Assembly: GCA_029571985.1 (NCBI GenBank)
Contig: JAKQVC010000160.1
Span: 36,864-100,863 of the forward strand
From: Bacteroidota bacterium
GTDB taxonomy: Bacteria > Bacteroidota > Bacteroidia > Chitinophagales > BACL12
DNA length: 64,000 bases
Reading direction: 5' to 3'
This document shows positions 29,298 to 39,990 of this stretch, one piece after another. Both the position numbers and the translations under genes were made by a program. The notes under the pieces are model-generated. The model saw nothing but the letters and a program-made list of their open reading frames with translations, had not been told where the DNA came from and ran no database searches. Positions within the stretch are counted from its first letter, which is position 1, and the number at the start of each line of letters is the position of its first letter.

Positions 29298-29370
29298 TTT
29301 TTGTCACCCGACTATATAATTGTTATTACAGGCACTGAAATTGCTGTAACTTTCTATGTAATTCTACTCT

Positions 29371-30609
29371 ATGTTCCGCACACTCTTATTTGCTGTAGGT
29401 ATGTTGCTGGCTATGCCAGTGTTTAGTCAGATTTCTTTTACCGGCGCAGGTGTTGTAATCGCACCTGAATTGCGCGACCATTATCCGGTCATTCAACAGG
29501 TTTTAAAAAATTCACCGGCTGAAGAAATGGGTATTTCTCCGGGTGAAATCCTCTGGTCGGTAGATGGAAAATCTACACAGGATTTGACCACGAAAGAAGT
29601 AACACTTCTGATAAAGGGAGAGGCCGGCGCACAGCGCGTTTTGGTTGTGGGCAGTAATCAGCGAACAGTTACGATTACCCTCAGATTAATTTCCGGTAAG
29701 TGCACCACCGGCGATTGCCGGAATGGTGAAGGTCGTATAGAAGAACCAAACGGTGATATTTACGTCGGCAATTTCACGAATGGAAAATTTGATGGTTATG
29801 GCATGTACTATTATTACAAGGGTGAACATATGTATGCCCGTTATGATGGTCACTTTGCTGCAGGTAAACGCGATGGTGAAGGTGTCTTAGATAATTATGA
29901 CGGTGGTTATAAACTAAAAGGTACTTTTAAAGCAGATAAAGTAGAGGGAAAAGCTACACTCACCTTTTATGATGTGCAAGGTTCATATACCGGAAATTTC
30001 GCATCGAATTTGCCATCAGGTTCCGGCACAATTACTTATGCGGATGGTAGCACTAAAAATATTTCGCCCGCTACAATTGATGCAATATTAATCGAAGCCG
30101 GTGCACGCAAAGAAACGGTTGTTGCAGAACCTGCTGCCAATACCGGTACGCAATCATCCGCAAGCACGAATGCAGAAAAAGTAATTTCTGATTATGATTT
30201 TACGGCAATAAAGAATGAAATGCTCAAGGTTGAAAATAGTTTGCTTTATGCCTTAGATAAGTATGCCGAATTCCACAGTAAGTACATGGAAGTATTGCGC
30301 GAGAACAGTGCCTCAACAGCCGAACAACAATCCGGAAAAATCCTGGATGCATGTGTTGGTTATATAGAGCAGGCTTATAACGGTATTGATATCGTTACCA
30401 AAATGGGAGATAATGCCGGAGAAGTTACGGAGGCAGAATTTGACAGTTTTCAGGATTGGAGTCAGGCAATTGCTAAAGTATACAATGCTTTTAATGGCGG
30501 ATTAAACGACACGGCAACCATTTCTACCTGGTATTGGTTAAATGTAAATGTGGATAGTATGCGGGGTTATCTGGAGGAAGCTGCTGCAGCGCGACATAGT
30601 TTATTTTGA
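29371..30609 (+). CDS. secreted PDZ-domain / MORN-repeat protein
   Basis: Signal peptide, PDZ-like PAEEMGISPGEILWSVDG, then MORN-like repeats (YVGNFTNGKFDGYG, YDGHFAAGKRDGEG, YTGNFASNLPSGSG). Confidence 0.65.
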   Translation: MFRTLLFAVGMLLAMPVFSQISFTGAGVVIAPELRDHYPVIQQVLKNSPAEEMGISPGEILWSVDGKSTQDLTTKEVTLLIKGEAGAQRVLVVGSNQRTVTITLRLISGKCTTGDCRNGEGRIEEPNGDIYVGNFTNGKFDGYGMYYYYKGEHMYARYDGHFAAGKRDGEGVLDNYDGGYKLKGTFKADKVEGKATLTFYDVQGSYTGNFASNLPSGSGTITYADGSTKNISPATIDAILIEAGARKETVVAEPAANTGTQSSASTNAEKVISDYDFTAIKNEMLKVENSLLYALDKYAEFHSKYMEVLRENSASTAEQQSGKILDACVGYIEQAYNGIDIVTKMGDNAGEVTEAEFDSFQDWSQAIAKVYNAFNGGLNDTATISTWYWLNVNVDSMRGYLEEAAAARHSLF

Positions 30610-30632
30610 ATCAGACACTACATGTAAAATAG

Positions 30633-30657
30633 AAAAGGGGACTGCTGGTCCCCTTTT
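30633..30657. terminator. bidirectional terminator hairpin between convergent genes
   Basis: aaaaggggac / gtcccctttt, a 10-bp perfect stem with a 5-nt loop, flanked by an A-run and a T-run. Confidence 0.55.
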
Positions 30658-30676
30658 CTGTTTGTTGAGTTTCCTG

Positions 30677-31054
30677 TTAAAATCTTCCGTAGGCGACAAA
30701 AATACACAGCACCAACAAAAACAGATTCACCGGAATCATTTTATTCTCCTTGAATTTTGCATGTTCCATGGCGGCAAGTATCATAATGAGACCTAATGCG
30801 CAGGCTGCAATCGGTGTAAGGATGGGTAAAATATCCAATAGCATGGGAAGTATGAGTCCTAATGCGCCGCTTATTTCTGCAACACCAATCGTCCGAACCA
30901 GTGATGCCGGTTTACGCGCAGCCCATGGACCTGATTGTGCAATTTTTTCAATTGGTTGGAAGAGTTTCATCATACCGCCCATCAGAAACATGGCGGCTAA
31001 AATACCCTGTGCAATCCATAATACTGTATTCATGTTTATTTGTTTTGTTAGCAC
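30677..31054 (-). CDS. DoxX-family membrane protein
   Basis: MNTVLWIAQGILAAMFLMGGMMKL and about 4 TM helices. The likely start is 31033. Divergent from an HxlR regulator, a common pairing. Confidence 0.75.
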   Translation of the reverse strand: MLTKQINMNTVLWIAQGILAAMFLMGGMMKLFQPIEKIAQSGPWAARKPASLVRTIGVAEISGALGLILPMLLDILPILTPIAACALGLIMILAAMEHAKFKENKMIPVNLFLLVLCIFVAYGRF

Positions 31055-31135
31055 AAAGTTATATACCTTTGCTATATAAAAGATACCAGTTACCTAAAGT
31101 ATAGCAGTATCATTTAGTATACCAAATTACCTTTT

Positions 31136-31483
31136 ATGGAAAAACGTAGTTTAGCCTTTTGCGTATCAGCATTAGTTCCGGTTAGAGATACGCTGGATGT
31201 TATTAGTGGTAAATGGAAGCTCCTGATTCTGATATCTGTTGGTTCAGGGAATAAGCGGTTTAGAGAGATTCAGCGGAGTATACCGAATATCACCGCTAAG
31301 GTCTTATCAAAGGAGCTCAAAGAGCTTGAGCAGAATAATCTGATTGAAAGAGCTGTATATGATACTTCGCCGGTATTAGTTGAATATACGACAACATCGC
31401 ATGGTAAATCACTGGAAAATGTGGTAAATGCTTTATACGAATGGGGCGTGCATCATCGTAAAAAGATATTCGGTAAGAAGTAA
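31136..31483 (+). CDS. HxlR-family transcriptional regulator
   Basis: CPVRDTLDVISGKWKLLIL-type motif (VPVRDTLDVISGKWKLLILISV), FREIQRSIPNITAKVLSKELKELEQNNLI. Confidence 0.85.
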   Translation: MEKRSLAFCVSALVPVRDTLDVISGKWKLLILISVGSGNKRFREIQRSIPNITAKVLSKELKELEQNNLIERAVYDTSPVLVEYTTTSHGKSLENVVNALYEWGVHHRKKIFGKK

Positions 31484-31614
31484 GTACATGCCTAAGCATA
31501 CGCCTATACCTCTAGGTATCAAATTAAGTTACGATTAATTTAATTTAGTGCTCCGGGTCAGCTGAATCCGATACATGTTTAGTTAATAAATGCACCGTTT
31601 CTTCCGGTTAATCA

Positions 31615-32340
31615 TCATTCGGATGTAATATTGGATAATGTGATGGCCGGAACCTGTGTGCCTTTAGGTAAATTGACGAAATCTGATGCTTTCAAAACAT
31701 AAGATGATGCAGCATTATCTAAAAAATTCACTTCATATATCGCTATAAAGTAAAACATTTTATTACTTCCGGATGATTCTGACCTGCGGAACGAAAACGA
31801 TACAGTCGGATTTTCAGCTTGTGTTCTTAATCCCACAAAACCGGTGTTCTGTGCAAAGTCGGAAAAAGGGTTATCCTCATTTTTTTCCTTCTTCGATGCT
31901 TTGTCCAGATCATCTTCACTGATATGTTGCTCCAGAATGACAACTTGTTTATTGTTGATGGTTGATGCGCGAACCCAGACACCTTCACCTGCCGGTAAAG
32001 GATCTATTACATGCACCTGTATGGGCGAAGTTGTATAATTAACACCGTTTAATGAAAAATTGAATGGACCAATCTGATACATGCCGGTATCCATAATGGT
32101 AAGATTTACTTTCGCCGACTGGGCATCCAAAGAGAGTTGACTTTTTTGGGTATTTAAGCTGTCTAATTGTGTATGCAGCATATCCACCAGATAAGTATTG
32201 TCCATACTGAAGATAATTTCTTCTCCAGCTCTTGGTTCGGGATTTGTTACTTCAGTTTTTAAAATAACTTGTCCAAAACAAGACATTGGGAGCCAACCAT
32301 ACACAAGTGCTGCACCTAGAAGTAAGAGGGGGTTTTTCAT
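31615..32340 (-). CDS. hypothetical secreted protein
   Basis: Signal peptide MKNPLLLLGAALVYGWLPMSCFGQ. No family recognised. Confidence 0.5.
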   Translation of the reverse strand: MKNPLLLLGAALVYGWLPMSCFGQVILKTEVTNPEPRAGEEIIFSMDNTYLVDMLHTQLDSLNTQKSQLSLDAQSAKVNLTIMDTGMYQIGPFNFSLNGVNYTTSPIQVHVIDPLPAGEGVWVRASTINNKQVVILEQHISEDDLDKASKKEKNEDNPFSDFAQNTGFVGLRTQAENPTVSFSFRRSESSGSNKMFYFIAIYEVNFLDNAASSYVLKASDFVNLPKGTQVPAITLSNITSE

Positions 32341-32428
32341 AAATGGTTTTCTTCAAATATAATTAATCCCGCTCGAACGAGCAAAGCACTTTCCAGTATG
32401 GTATTCTGGAGATAACATGCTGTCTGCA

Positions 32429-33100
32429 TTAAAAGAGCAAATGCACCTGTAGTTCTCCATAGAAAGGTAACATAGGCCCGGCATAAAAGTTTTCGTTCAG
32501 AATTTTCCCTGCACGCATGCCTATTGTGTAATGATAAAAGGTTGCACCGGCTCCTAATCCATAATAGAAATTACCTCCTGACGCAGGCTCGTACCAGCCA
32601 TTAACTACCTCAGGATAAATACTTTGGTAAACAGGGGTATGCTCATATTTGGTGGCAATAGCTTTATCGAAGCCAACCTGTCCTGCGAAAAACCAATGCG
32701 ATGCATAATAGCCAACAGTAGCCGAAAGATCGCTTCCGAAATTATCCAAATGCACGTAAGTGTTTTCGTAACTCCGATATACACCATGTATGTCGGTACT
32801 TACAGTAAATCCTTTGTACGAATACCATTTTATCGTGGCCCCCAGCTTTGTTTTTTTATCATCAAAAGGTGTTTCCCCAACAGGAAGTGAAATGGATGCG
32901 TTCAATAAAATGGGAAAGCCAAGCAGTTGGGTGAGGTATCCGCCACCTAAGCTGTAGCAAACACCATATTCAACGCCGAATTTGCCAAAAATAAGCACGG
33001 GGCGACTTGTATCTGCATCATTCCAGTTTATTGATTGTGCATGGGATTGTTGAACAATTAGCAATATAAAAAGACTTGCAATATATTTTTGAATTGACAT
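32429..33100 (-). CDS. hypothetical outer-membrane beta-barrel protein
   Basis: The ATG at 33100 gives the signal peptide MSIQKYIASLFILLIVQQSHAQ. Gly/Tyr-rich strands and a terminal ...LQVHLLF. Confidence 0.5.
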   Translation of the reverse strand: MSIQKYIASLFILLIVQQSHAQSINWNDADTSRPVLIFGKFGVEYGVCYSLGGGYLTQLLGFPILLNASISLPVGETPFDDKKTKLGATIKWYSYKGFTVSTDIHGVYRSYENTYVHLDNFGSDLSATVGYYASHWFFAGQVGFDKAIATKYEHTPVYQSIYPEVVNGWYEPASGGNFYYGLGAGATFYHYTIGMRAGKILNENFYAGPMLPFYGELQVHLLF

Positions 33101-33111
33101 ATACTTAAGTA

Positions 33112-34116
33112 TTAAAGTGATTGAAAATATTCGAGAATGCGTGGTTGTGTAATGGTATTCCAAATAACCGGATCTTGAATAATGCCTGAATGACCGGCAT
33201 TTGGTACATAGAAAAGAGATGCATTCACAAAAGCCGATGAAACATGTTCTGCCCAGGAAAGCGGGTAGGCTTCATTTAATTCGCTATACATAAATAAAAC
33301 CGGGATAGTGAAATTTTCGAGACCAATGGTTAAATCAACCTCGTACTCCATACCAATTTCGAAAAGTCCTGCATTTACTACCGCTCCACTTCTCCATACC
33401 CCGCCATCAACATTGTATTCATTTGTGATGGTGTTTTCTGATGCAAGTAAGGCGAGTTTATAATCTAAGGTTTCATGATCATTTTCATCTCCTGTTATAA
33501 ACTGATCCAGGTAGGTGGCGTCATTTAACGTTTCACTCCAGAGACTAAAGGCGCGGGAAGTAGAAACGTAAGTAACGATATCCTCCCAGATTAAGCCACC
33601 CGGTTCGCAGGCGACTAAACCCTGCACCATGTCGGGATGATACCCAGCAAATCCGGCAGCCAGCATCCCACCCCAGGAATGACCTAACAAATACACTTTT
33701 TGCTCCGGAGATGTACGGTAATGTTCAATTACGCCTGCAAGTTCATCATACATGAGTGTGAGTGCGTCAGCGCCTTTATCCGTGTAATAGGATTTGTCGA
33801 ATCGCTCTGATAGTCCTGATCCAATCTGATCATAGAATATTACCCGATACCCTGATTCGGCCAGCGACATGCAATTCAGCATATACTTATAATCAGCTCC
33901 CGGACCGCCATGGATACAGATAATCATCGTGCTGTCTTCCGGACCAAAGGCTTCGCTATGTAAGCGGGCGCCATTCACTTCAATGGCGGGAATAGATGGG
34001 TCTTGATCAGCGGTTAATGGTACCAGATTGCCGGGGGCATCCGGAATAGTTGTGCAAGCACTGAGTAGCATCGTAATGAGTGCAAATGCACCTTGTAATG
34101 TCATTTTACTATACAT
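33112..34116 (-). CDS. alpha/beta hydrolase (proline iminopeptidase-like), lipoprotein
   Basis: Lipoprotein signal (LLSAC), oxyanion HGGPG, and the nucleophile elbow GHSWGG. Confidence 0.8.
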   Translation of the reverse strand: MYSKMTLQGAFALITMLLSACTTIPDAPGNLVPLTADQDPSIPAIEVNGARLHSEAFGPEDSTMIICIHGGPGADYKYMLNCMSLAESGYRVIFYDQIGSGLSERFDKSYYTDKGADALTLMYDELAGVIEHYRTSPEQKVYLLGHSWGGMLAAGFAGYHPDMVQGLVACEPGGLIWEDIVTYVSTSRAFSLWSETLNDATYLDQFITGDENDHETLDYKLALLASENTITNEYNVDGGVWRSGAVVNAGLFEIGMEYEVDLTIGLENFTIPVLFMYSELNEAYPLSWAEHVSSAFVNASLFYVPNAGHSGIIQDPVIWNTITQPRILEYFQSL

Positions 34117-34278
34117 GTGATAATTTTTTACAGGGCAAAGGTGCTACGATGCGCTATACAAAGCGCCGCAAAGTGAGGGATGATACCTATTAGGCATGCA
34201 TTACCTGAAATCGGTTGGAATCCTTTATTGGCAAGGGTTTGATGAGGTGTTAGTCGACGTTCCCTGAGATATGATACC

Positions 34279-35430
34279 TTATTTTGACGGAATGGGATTC
34301 GATTTCAGATATTCAGAAGGTGTTTGACCGGTAAATTTTTTGAAATTTCGGTTGAAGGAAGCTTTAGAGTTAAACCCGCAGGAAAAAGCAAGCGCAAGGA
34401 AAGTATATTGCTGGTTTTCAGGTTTATTTACTGCCTCTAGAAATGCTTGAATCCGTCTTTCATTTATTAGGTCGTAGAATGATTTTTGTTCAATGGAATT
34501 GATAACCTGCGACAGGTGGTTGGGATGCACATCCAGTACTTCGGCCAGGTCGCTTAAGGTGAGTTCGGGATCTTTGAAGGATTCGTTTTCGGTGAAAAGT
34601 TGGAGTAAGCGGGTATGAATGCGTTTGGCTTCCTCCTCCGTTAAAGAAGAATTTTGGTATTTGGGCGACTCAGGCAGGACTTCGGATGTAATAACCTCCT
34701 CGATGCTATGATGCTCTGAGGCATTCCGGTAAATCGATTTGGCCACAGATTGGTGCAAAGGAATATGTTGGTGAAATACACTAACCTGTCGAATGCCATA
34801 ATATCCAATCCACACCACAAACATAACCGCCGAACCGAAAATGAAGATATCTTCCTGAATGATCAGGATCACAATCCAGATACAGGCCAGCCAGATAATT
34901 AAATAGAGGAGCCAGTTAAAAGAAATTTTTTCGGTATTCGAAAAGGTATGCACAAGAGATTTTCGAAAACGGATTAGTACCCGCAAAGCAAGCGGTATAT
35001 AAATAATTCCAGATAAATAGATGGCAATAATATTTATGGTGCTTTCCGTTTGATATCGAACACCATTGTCTTTGAATACCTGAATTTTTTCTTCAGACGA
35101 TAACAGATAATAACTGCCAAATAATAGTATCGAAGCCAGCACAGGAATAAAATGCAGGAGCATCGGTTTTCTAAAGCCCCTTTCAGATGTTTGCACTTTT
35201 GTATAGATATACAAAAACGGGCCTTGTATTAATGGGAGTGAAAAACCGATTCCGGCAAGACCGGGTAAGTAGATATAATTTTCGGAGTAGAATAAATAAA
35301 AGGAAAATAAATGTAATCCGGTTAAGGATAGCCAGGCAGCCAATACGTAATCAGCAGCATTTTTCCCTTTTTTGCTGAGGAGGATAAATACCAGAAAAAA
35401 ATCAATAATGACGCCTGACAGATAAAACAT
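34279..35430 (-). CDS. membrane-bound AraC-family transcriptional regulator
   Basis: The N-terminal ~210 aa hold about 6 TM helices. C-terminal HTH LSDLAEVLDVHPNHLSQVIN ... FSCGFNSKASFNRNFKKFTGQTPSEY. Confidence 0.8.
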   Translation of the reverse strand: MFYLSGVIIDFFLVFILLSKKGKNAADYVLAAWLSLTGLHLFSFYLFYSENYIYLPGLAGIGFSLPLIQGPFLYIYTKVQTSERGFRKPMLLHFIPVLASILLFGSYYLLSSEEKIQVFKDNGVRYQTESTINIIAIYLSGIIYIPLALRVLIRFRKSLVHTFSNTEKISFNWLLYLIIWLACIWIVILIIQEDIFIFGSAVMFVVWIGYYGIRQVSVFHQHIPLHQSVAKSIYRNASEHHSIEEVITSEVLPESPKYQNSSLTEEEAKRIHTRLLQLFTENESFKDPELTLSDLAEVLDVHPNHLSQVINSIEQKSFYDLINERRIQAFLEAVNKPENQQYTFLALAFSCGFNSKASFNRNFKKFTGQTPSEYLKSNPIPSK

Positions 35431-35471
35431 GCCTCTGCAAATTAACGGGATTTTAAGGACTGAGGACTGAT

Positions 35472-36965
35472 TTATTTTTCCTTGCGCTCATCAGGTATGG
35501 TATCCACCAGACTCCTCAACACATTGTCATCCCCATTTATAAAATCAGTGATGTTCCTGGAAAGGGGCATATCGGGCATAACACCTCTGTTTGGCAAGGC
35601 GTTTTGTACCTTATGATCAACTTTGTGCGTAGGTATGAAAATGCGGATGCCGCTTAAGGGCATGGTATACGTATAAGAAAGTGCAGCCTGACTGCCGTTT
35701 GCCCCGCCACCGGTTTCCGTGCCAACAATTGTTGCCTGGGTATGTTCATTGAGCATCGCAGCCACATAGCTGCTCATACTGAAGGTGCCGCCATCTGTCA
35801 TGCAATAAATCTGCCCGTCATAATGATTCTTCTTTTTGACTGAATAAGGTACCCAGGTGTTTTTATCCGGATCTGCTTTGTCTCTATCAGGGATTGTATT
35901 GAATAATACCATTGTCATCTTCGAAACAAAGTTCATACTCAGATTATCGTCCTTCAATTTTTCTTTTTTGGGATTGCTGATATAAAAGTAAAAATCATCA
36001 GCTAGCAAATAGGTTAAGAGCCGATTGCCATTTGGAAAATAACCACCACCATTGCCACGAATATCAATAATTAAATGTTGTATGGAATCTTGTTCTATGG
36101 TTTTGAAAACATCTTTATAAAATCGTTTATAATCCGGAAACCCAAATGAGTGAATGGATAAAATGGCGGTAGTGGGCTTCTCCTTCAGGTAAAGCAGATT
36201 GGCTATACCGTCAACGGTTTGAATAGTATCAGTTCCGGGTAGTGGATTAAGCTTTAGCGGTGTTACTTTTAAACCACCCAATATAGCTTGTTTTACGATA
36301 TTTCCATCCGGACCTTTACATTGAATGTCATATTGCGAGCAGTTGCCATAAAGAAATATTAAATATGTTCTGAACAATGCTTCGACATAGAAGTCTGTCC
36401 CGGTTTTATTTATCCCGTCATTGGTTTGTATCCCACGCATGTCGCGTAATATCTCCGACGCCGGGATGTCATTAATAGACAGTATTTCCATTCCGGCTTG
36501 TAACGTTTGTGTTGAATCTGCTACGGCGCGTATCCACAATTTATTCTGACTGATAAAAACATCAAGAGGAATAATTTGCTTTGCTTCCTTTTGATATGTA
36601 TACCATGCTAAAGAGGGAGCTGATGTGGTGTGCCCGCAACCAATACCAACAAGCCAGTTACGCACATATTGATGATAGTGCTCCAGGTCCATGCTGTCTG
36701 TAAACATGTGTGTATAGGATTCTGCAGCTTGCCTTAAAGCATTGCTGTCTGCCAATATGGTTACCTTCGGATGCAGATACATTACCACATTCGTCATCTG
36801 AATAAATTCTTCAACTAATTGCTCGCGTGTTGCATTTAGAGGGAAAGAGTTGCAATTATGTGCAGATTGTTCGTCAACAGGTTGTAATTCAGCAGGTGTT
36901 TGTGCCTGTATGCATGGAATAAATAAACACAGTATCGCCTGAAAGGCAAAAATCTTCAATGACAT
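35472..36965 (-). CDS. S41-family (tail-specific protease-like) peptidase
   Basis: Signal peptide. IIDIRGNGGG and TDGGTFSMSSYVA motifs characteristic of S41 Ser/Lys peptidases. Confidence 0.75.
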   Translation of the reverse strand: MSLKIFAFQAILCLFIPCIQAQTPAELQPVDEQSAHNCNSFPLNATREQLVEEFIQMTNVVMYLHPKVTILADSNALRQAAESYTHMFTDSMDLEHYHQYVRNWLVGIGCGHTTSAPSLAWYTYQKEAKQIIPLDVFISQNKLWIRAVADSTQTLQAGMEILSINDIPASEILRDMRGIQTNDGINKTGTDFYVEALFRTYLIFLYGNCSQYDIQCKGPDGNIVKQAILGGLKVTPLKLNPLPGTDTIQTVDGIANLLYLKEKPTTAILSIHSFGFPDYKRFYKDVFKTIEQDSIQHLIIDIRGNGGGYFPNGNRLLTYLLADDFYFYISNPKKEKLKDDNLSMNFVSKMTMVLFNTIPDRDKADPDKNTWVPYSVKKKNHYDGQIYCMTDGGTFSMSSYVAAMLNEHTQATIVGTETGGGANGSQAALSYTYTMPLSGIRIFIPTHKVDHKVQNALPNRGVMPDMPLSRNITDFINGDDNVLRSLVDTIPDERKEK

Positions 36966-36987
36966 TTTGGATATCGGAATTCTCGTA

Positions 36988-37320
36988 TTAAAATTTAATT
37001 ACTTTGCCGTTCTGCAGGTGTTGCCTGGCTGTGGTCCAATCAGGTAAGGTGTCTGCCGTAATGGTAATTGTTCTGATTTCAGTGGCAATTTTTTTACTAT
37101 TACGCATTGCTTCCAAATGGGCACCGCTTCGGGCAAAGCTATGCATAGTTTCCGTATCAGGCCAAAGTGACATAGTGTAATGGTGTACACCTACACCTGA
37201 TTTTTTAAAATCGAGATGGCCACTGCTTTTCATTTGCTTTAAAATGCGCATGGCATACATCGACAGTGGGAAAAATGCGAAATAAGACTTAAGTTTTATA
37301 TAGGTGATTGTAGCAAGCAT
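36988..37320 (-). CDS. small hypothetical protein (DUF3291/ABM-like?)
   Basis: HHYTMSLWPDTETMHSFARSGAHLEAM resembles the DUF3291 signature as recalled. This is a weak assignment. Confidence 0.4.
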   Translation of the reverse strand: MLATITYIKLKSYFAFFPLSMYAMRILKQMKSSGHLDFKKSGVGVHHYTMSLWPDTETMHSFARSGAHLEAMRNSKKIATEIRTITITADTLPDWTTARQHLQNGKVIKF

Positions 37321-37389
37321 ACGGGTGAATTTAATTGAATAAGTTTTTATGTGATGCTTGGAGATATTGACATAGCACCTGTCATATTG

Positions 37390-37764
37390 TTATCCGGCAC
37401 AAGAGCTTATCACTGCTAATAGGGCGCCGAGCGCCGGAAGTGCTTGTGTATAGAGTATTTTTCGACTGGCTGTTGCCGCACCAAATACACCTGCGCATAC
37501 CACACAGGATAAAAAGAAAATGGCAACATAGTGACTCCAATTGTTGTCTTGGATAAAAAGCGACCAAATTAACCCTGCAGCTAAAAATCCGTTATACAAT
37601 CCCTGATTTGCGGCTAACGTTTTTGTCGGAGTAAACATGGCATCGGGTAATGCGCCTTTAAATGTTTTGCGGCCAAGCGTTTCCCAGGCAAACATTTCCA
37701 TGTATACAATGTATAAATGCTCAAAGGCAATGAGTCCGGTCAATAATTGAGCTAGTAGGTTCAT
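37390..37764 (-). CDS. DUF1304-family membrane protein
   Basis: N-terminus LIAFEHLYIVYMEMFAWE, NQGLYNGFLAAGL, and 4 TM helices in 124 aa. Confidence 0.7.
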   Translation of the reverse strand: MNLLAQLLTGLIAFEHLYIVYMEMFAWETLGRKTFKGALPDAMFTPTKTLAANQGLYNGFLAAGLIWSLFIQDNNWSHYVAIFFLSCVVCAGVFGAATASRKILYTQALPALGALLAVISSCAG

Positions 37765-37858
37765 GAAGTAAATCTAAAGGATTTACACATAATATCATGT
37801 TAAAATTAACGCCACACATAAAATCAGGCTTGCTGAATATGAACGCAGGATGCAGAGA

Positions 37859-38929
37859 TTATTTTTTATATACCCCTAAACCAGGTTTACCATTCAAACG
37901 CATATGTCCGTTTTCCAATATAAATCCACCGCTAAACACATGCTCAAGAACATCAAAACTGCCATCTAAATCGAGGTATTTTGTATTCGGACAAGCATAA
38001 GCAAGGTGTAAAGCTGCAGTGATACTTACCAGGCTCTCATCATTACAGCCCCAAAATATGGATATGCCTTTTGATGCTGCCGTATCTGCGATGTGCTTAC
38101 CTGCTAAGATGCCTCCGGCTTTCATTAATTTGATATTGAAAACACCAAAGGGATGTGGATGTTGCAATAGTTTTTCTGCACTGGAAATAGAGGTGAGAGA
38201 TTCATCTGCAACAAATTTCATACGCACCGGTTCTGCAAATTGTACTAGAGCTTGATTTTCTGAAACCGGAAGTGGTTGTTCAATGAGCTCGATGGGCAGA
38301 TGAGCTGTTTCATGGATAAACTTATTCAGCGATGCAAAATTGTATCCTAAATTGGCATCAACCCGATATCTGAACTGGTCGCCAAAATGTTCGTATAATT
38401 TAATGCACCGCTCAATATCCTCATCCACGGAAATGCCGGTTTTTAATTTGAGTATCCTGAAACCCTGATGATAATAATGTGTGGCATCTTCAATCATTTC
38501 CGGTAGCGTCTTGATGCCAATGGTAATGCTGGTTGGCAATGACGCTATCACCTGACCGTAAAGAGCGGCTATCGGTTGTTGCATCACTTTGCCATAAGCA
38601 TCATGCAGTGCAATGTCGAGAGCGGCCTGCGTGCCCGGATAATCGGGTAAATCGCGACAACAATCTGAAATTATTTCGCGATAGGCATCAATGCTTTTTC
38701 CTATATGTTTCTGAATGCTTTCTGACTGTAGTAACCCGAGTGTTTGTTCCGGAGTTTCGCCAATAACTTCAGGGAAAGGATTTGATGCGCCATAACCTAT
38801 TATACCATTACTGAGTGCAATTTCCAGAAATACGATTTCAGTTTCATAAATAGTTTGGTATGCAATCGCATAAGGTTGCTTCAACGGAAGTCGCTGTAGG
38901 TATGCATGAATTGATGTAATGTGCACCAT
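37859..38929 (-). CDS. enolase-superfamily dipeptide epimerase-like racemase (MR/MLE subgroup)
   Basis: Catalytic set KxK (ILKLKTG), D (RVDANLGY), E (LIEQPLP), D (VADESL) and K (FNIKLMKAGG). The start at 38929 (MVHITS) avoids overlap with the upstream stop at 38934. Confidence 0.8.
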   Translation of the reverse strand: MVHITSIHAYLQRLPLKQPYAIAYQTIYETEIVFLEIALSNGIIGYGASNPFPEVIGETPEQTLGLLQSESIQKHIGKSIDAYREIISDCCRDLPDYPGTQAALDIALHDAYGKVMQQPIAALYGQVIASLPTSITIGIKTLPEMIEDATHYYHQGFRILKLKTGISVDEDIERCIKLYEHFGDQFRYRVDANLGYNFASLNKFIHETAHLPIELIEQPLPVSENQALVQFAEPVRMKFVADESLTSISSAEKLLQHPHPFGVFNIKLMKAGGILAGKHIADTAASKGISIFWGCNDESLVSITAALHLAYACPNTKYLDLDGSFDVLEHVFSGGFILENGHMRLNGKPGLGVYKK

Positions 38930-38933
38930 TGTA

Positions 38934-39983
38934 TTAAAGTAAGGCCTGAATAACCGGAATGATCTGATCAACACCCTGCTGAATAGGCAGTAATACCGGA
39001 ATACCTAATGTTTGCTGATACTGAGTTTGAAAAGCGCTTGCTTCTGCATCTGTGCAATCTTCTGTATTCAACGCTAGTGCTATTACCTGCGCACCATACA
39101 TCTGTATAAGTTGAATTTCAGACGCCACATCATGAATAGCCCCCCACAAAGGAGTGTGTTCGTAGTATGTGCGTTTTGGTGCATGTACTAAAACAACATG
39201 CTTTGCATTGCCGGAAATGAGCATTTCTGCACCGCATGGTCCGCTTGGATTGCGCAAAGCTGATTGTCCTTCAATCAATATAACCTGCGGATGTGTTTCC
39301 TCCCAACACTGTACAATCGCATGTTCTAATTCACCGGAAATAAAATCATTCAATGTGGAGTCAAAAATAAATCCGTAAACACCTCCCTGCATCCATCCGG
39401 TTTGTCCGGTGTAAATCATCTCCGTTGAAATACCATTCGACAAACAGGCCTGTTTAATAAATCTGCAGGTAGTGCGTTTGCCTAGCGCACAATCTGTACC
39501 TATCACAGCGATAGTTAATGCTTTAACAGAGAATATACTACCGTTCCAGAAATGTAAATCCTTTTTCGCTTTGGGGCGTCTTACATCTATCAGTTCAACC
39601 TGATGCTTTTTTGCAAGAGCGGCAATTTCAACATGGTCATTCAGAAATTCGTGCAATCCGTTTACAATTGACATGCCCTTTGATATACACAATTGGATAA
39701 CGGGTATAAACCGCTTCGGTAATACACCCCCAACTGTCGCTATGCCGATTATACAATAAGCAATAGAAGGCTGTTGGCTGATAGCTTCTTCAACAGTGGC
39801 ATAAACGGGTATATTTCTGTGTTTTCCATCCACCACTTCACCGGCATCTTTTCCGGCATGCATGTGGTCGATAACACCAACTATCGAAAATCTTTCTGTT
39901 CCACGTATTAATCCGTGTGCTGTTTTTGCATCTGATTCATGGAGTATTCCATCGGTCAGAATTATGGCATTCGGTTTTTGCAT
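38934..39983 (-). CDS. DUF1611-family protein (P-loop-like; DgcN-type N-acetyltransferase family)
   Basis: VIGTDCALGKRTTCRFIKQAC carries the GTDCxxGK signature of DUF1611. The length (~350 aa) and linkage to an epimerase gene are typical of the family. Confidence 0.75.
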   Translation of the reverse strand: MQKPNAIILTDGILHESDAKTAHGLIRGTERFSIVGVIDHMHAGKDAGEVVDGKHRNIPVYATVEEAISQQPSIAYCIIGIATVGGVLPKRFIPVIQLCISKGMSIVNGLHEFLNDHVEIAALAKKHQVELIDVRRPKAKKDLHFWNGSIFSVKALTIAVIGTDCALGKRTTCRFIKQACLSNGISTEMIYTGQTGWMQGGVYGFIFDSTLNDFISGELEHAIVQCWEETHPQVILIEGQSALRNPSGPCGAEMLISGNAKHVVLVHAPKRTYYEHTPLWGAIHDVASEIQLIQMYGAQVIALALNTEDCTDAEASAFQTQYQQTLGIPVLLPIQQGVDQIIPVIQALL

Positions 39984-39990
39984 GTGTCTT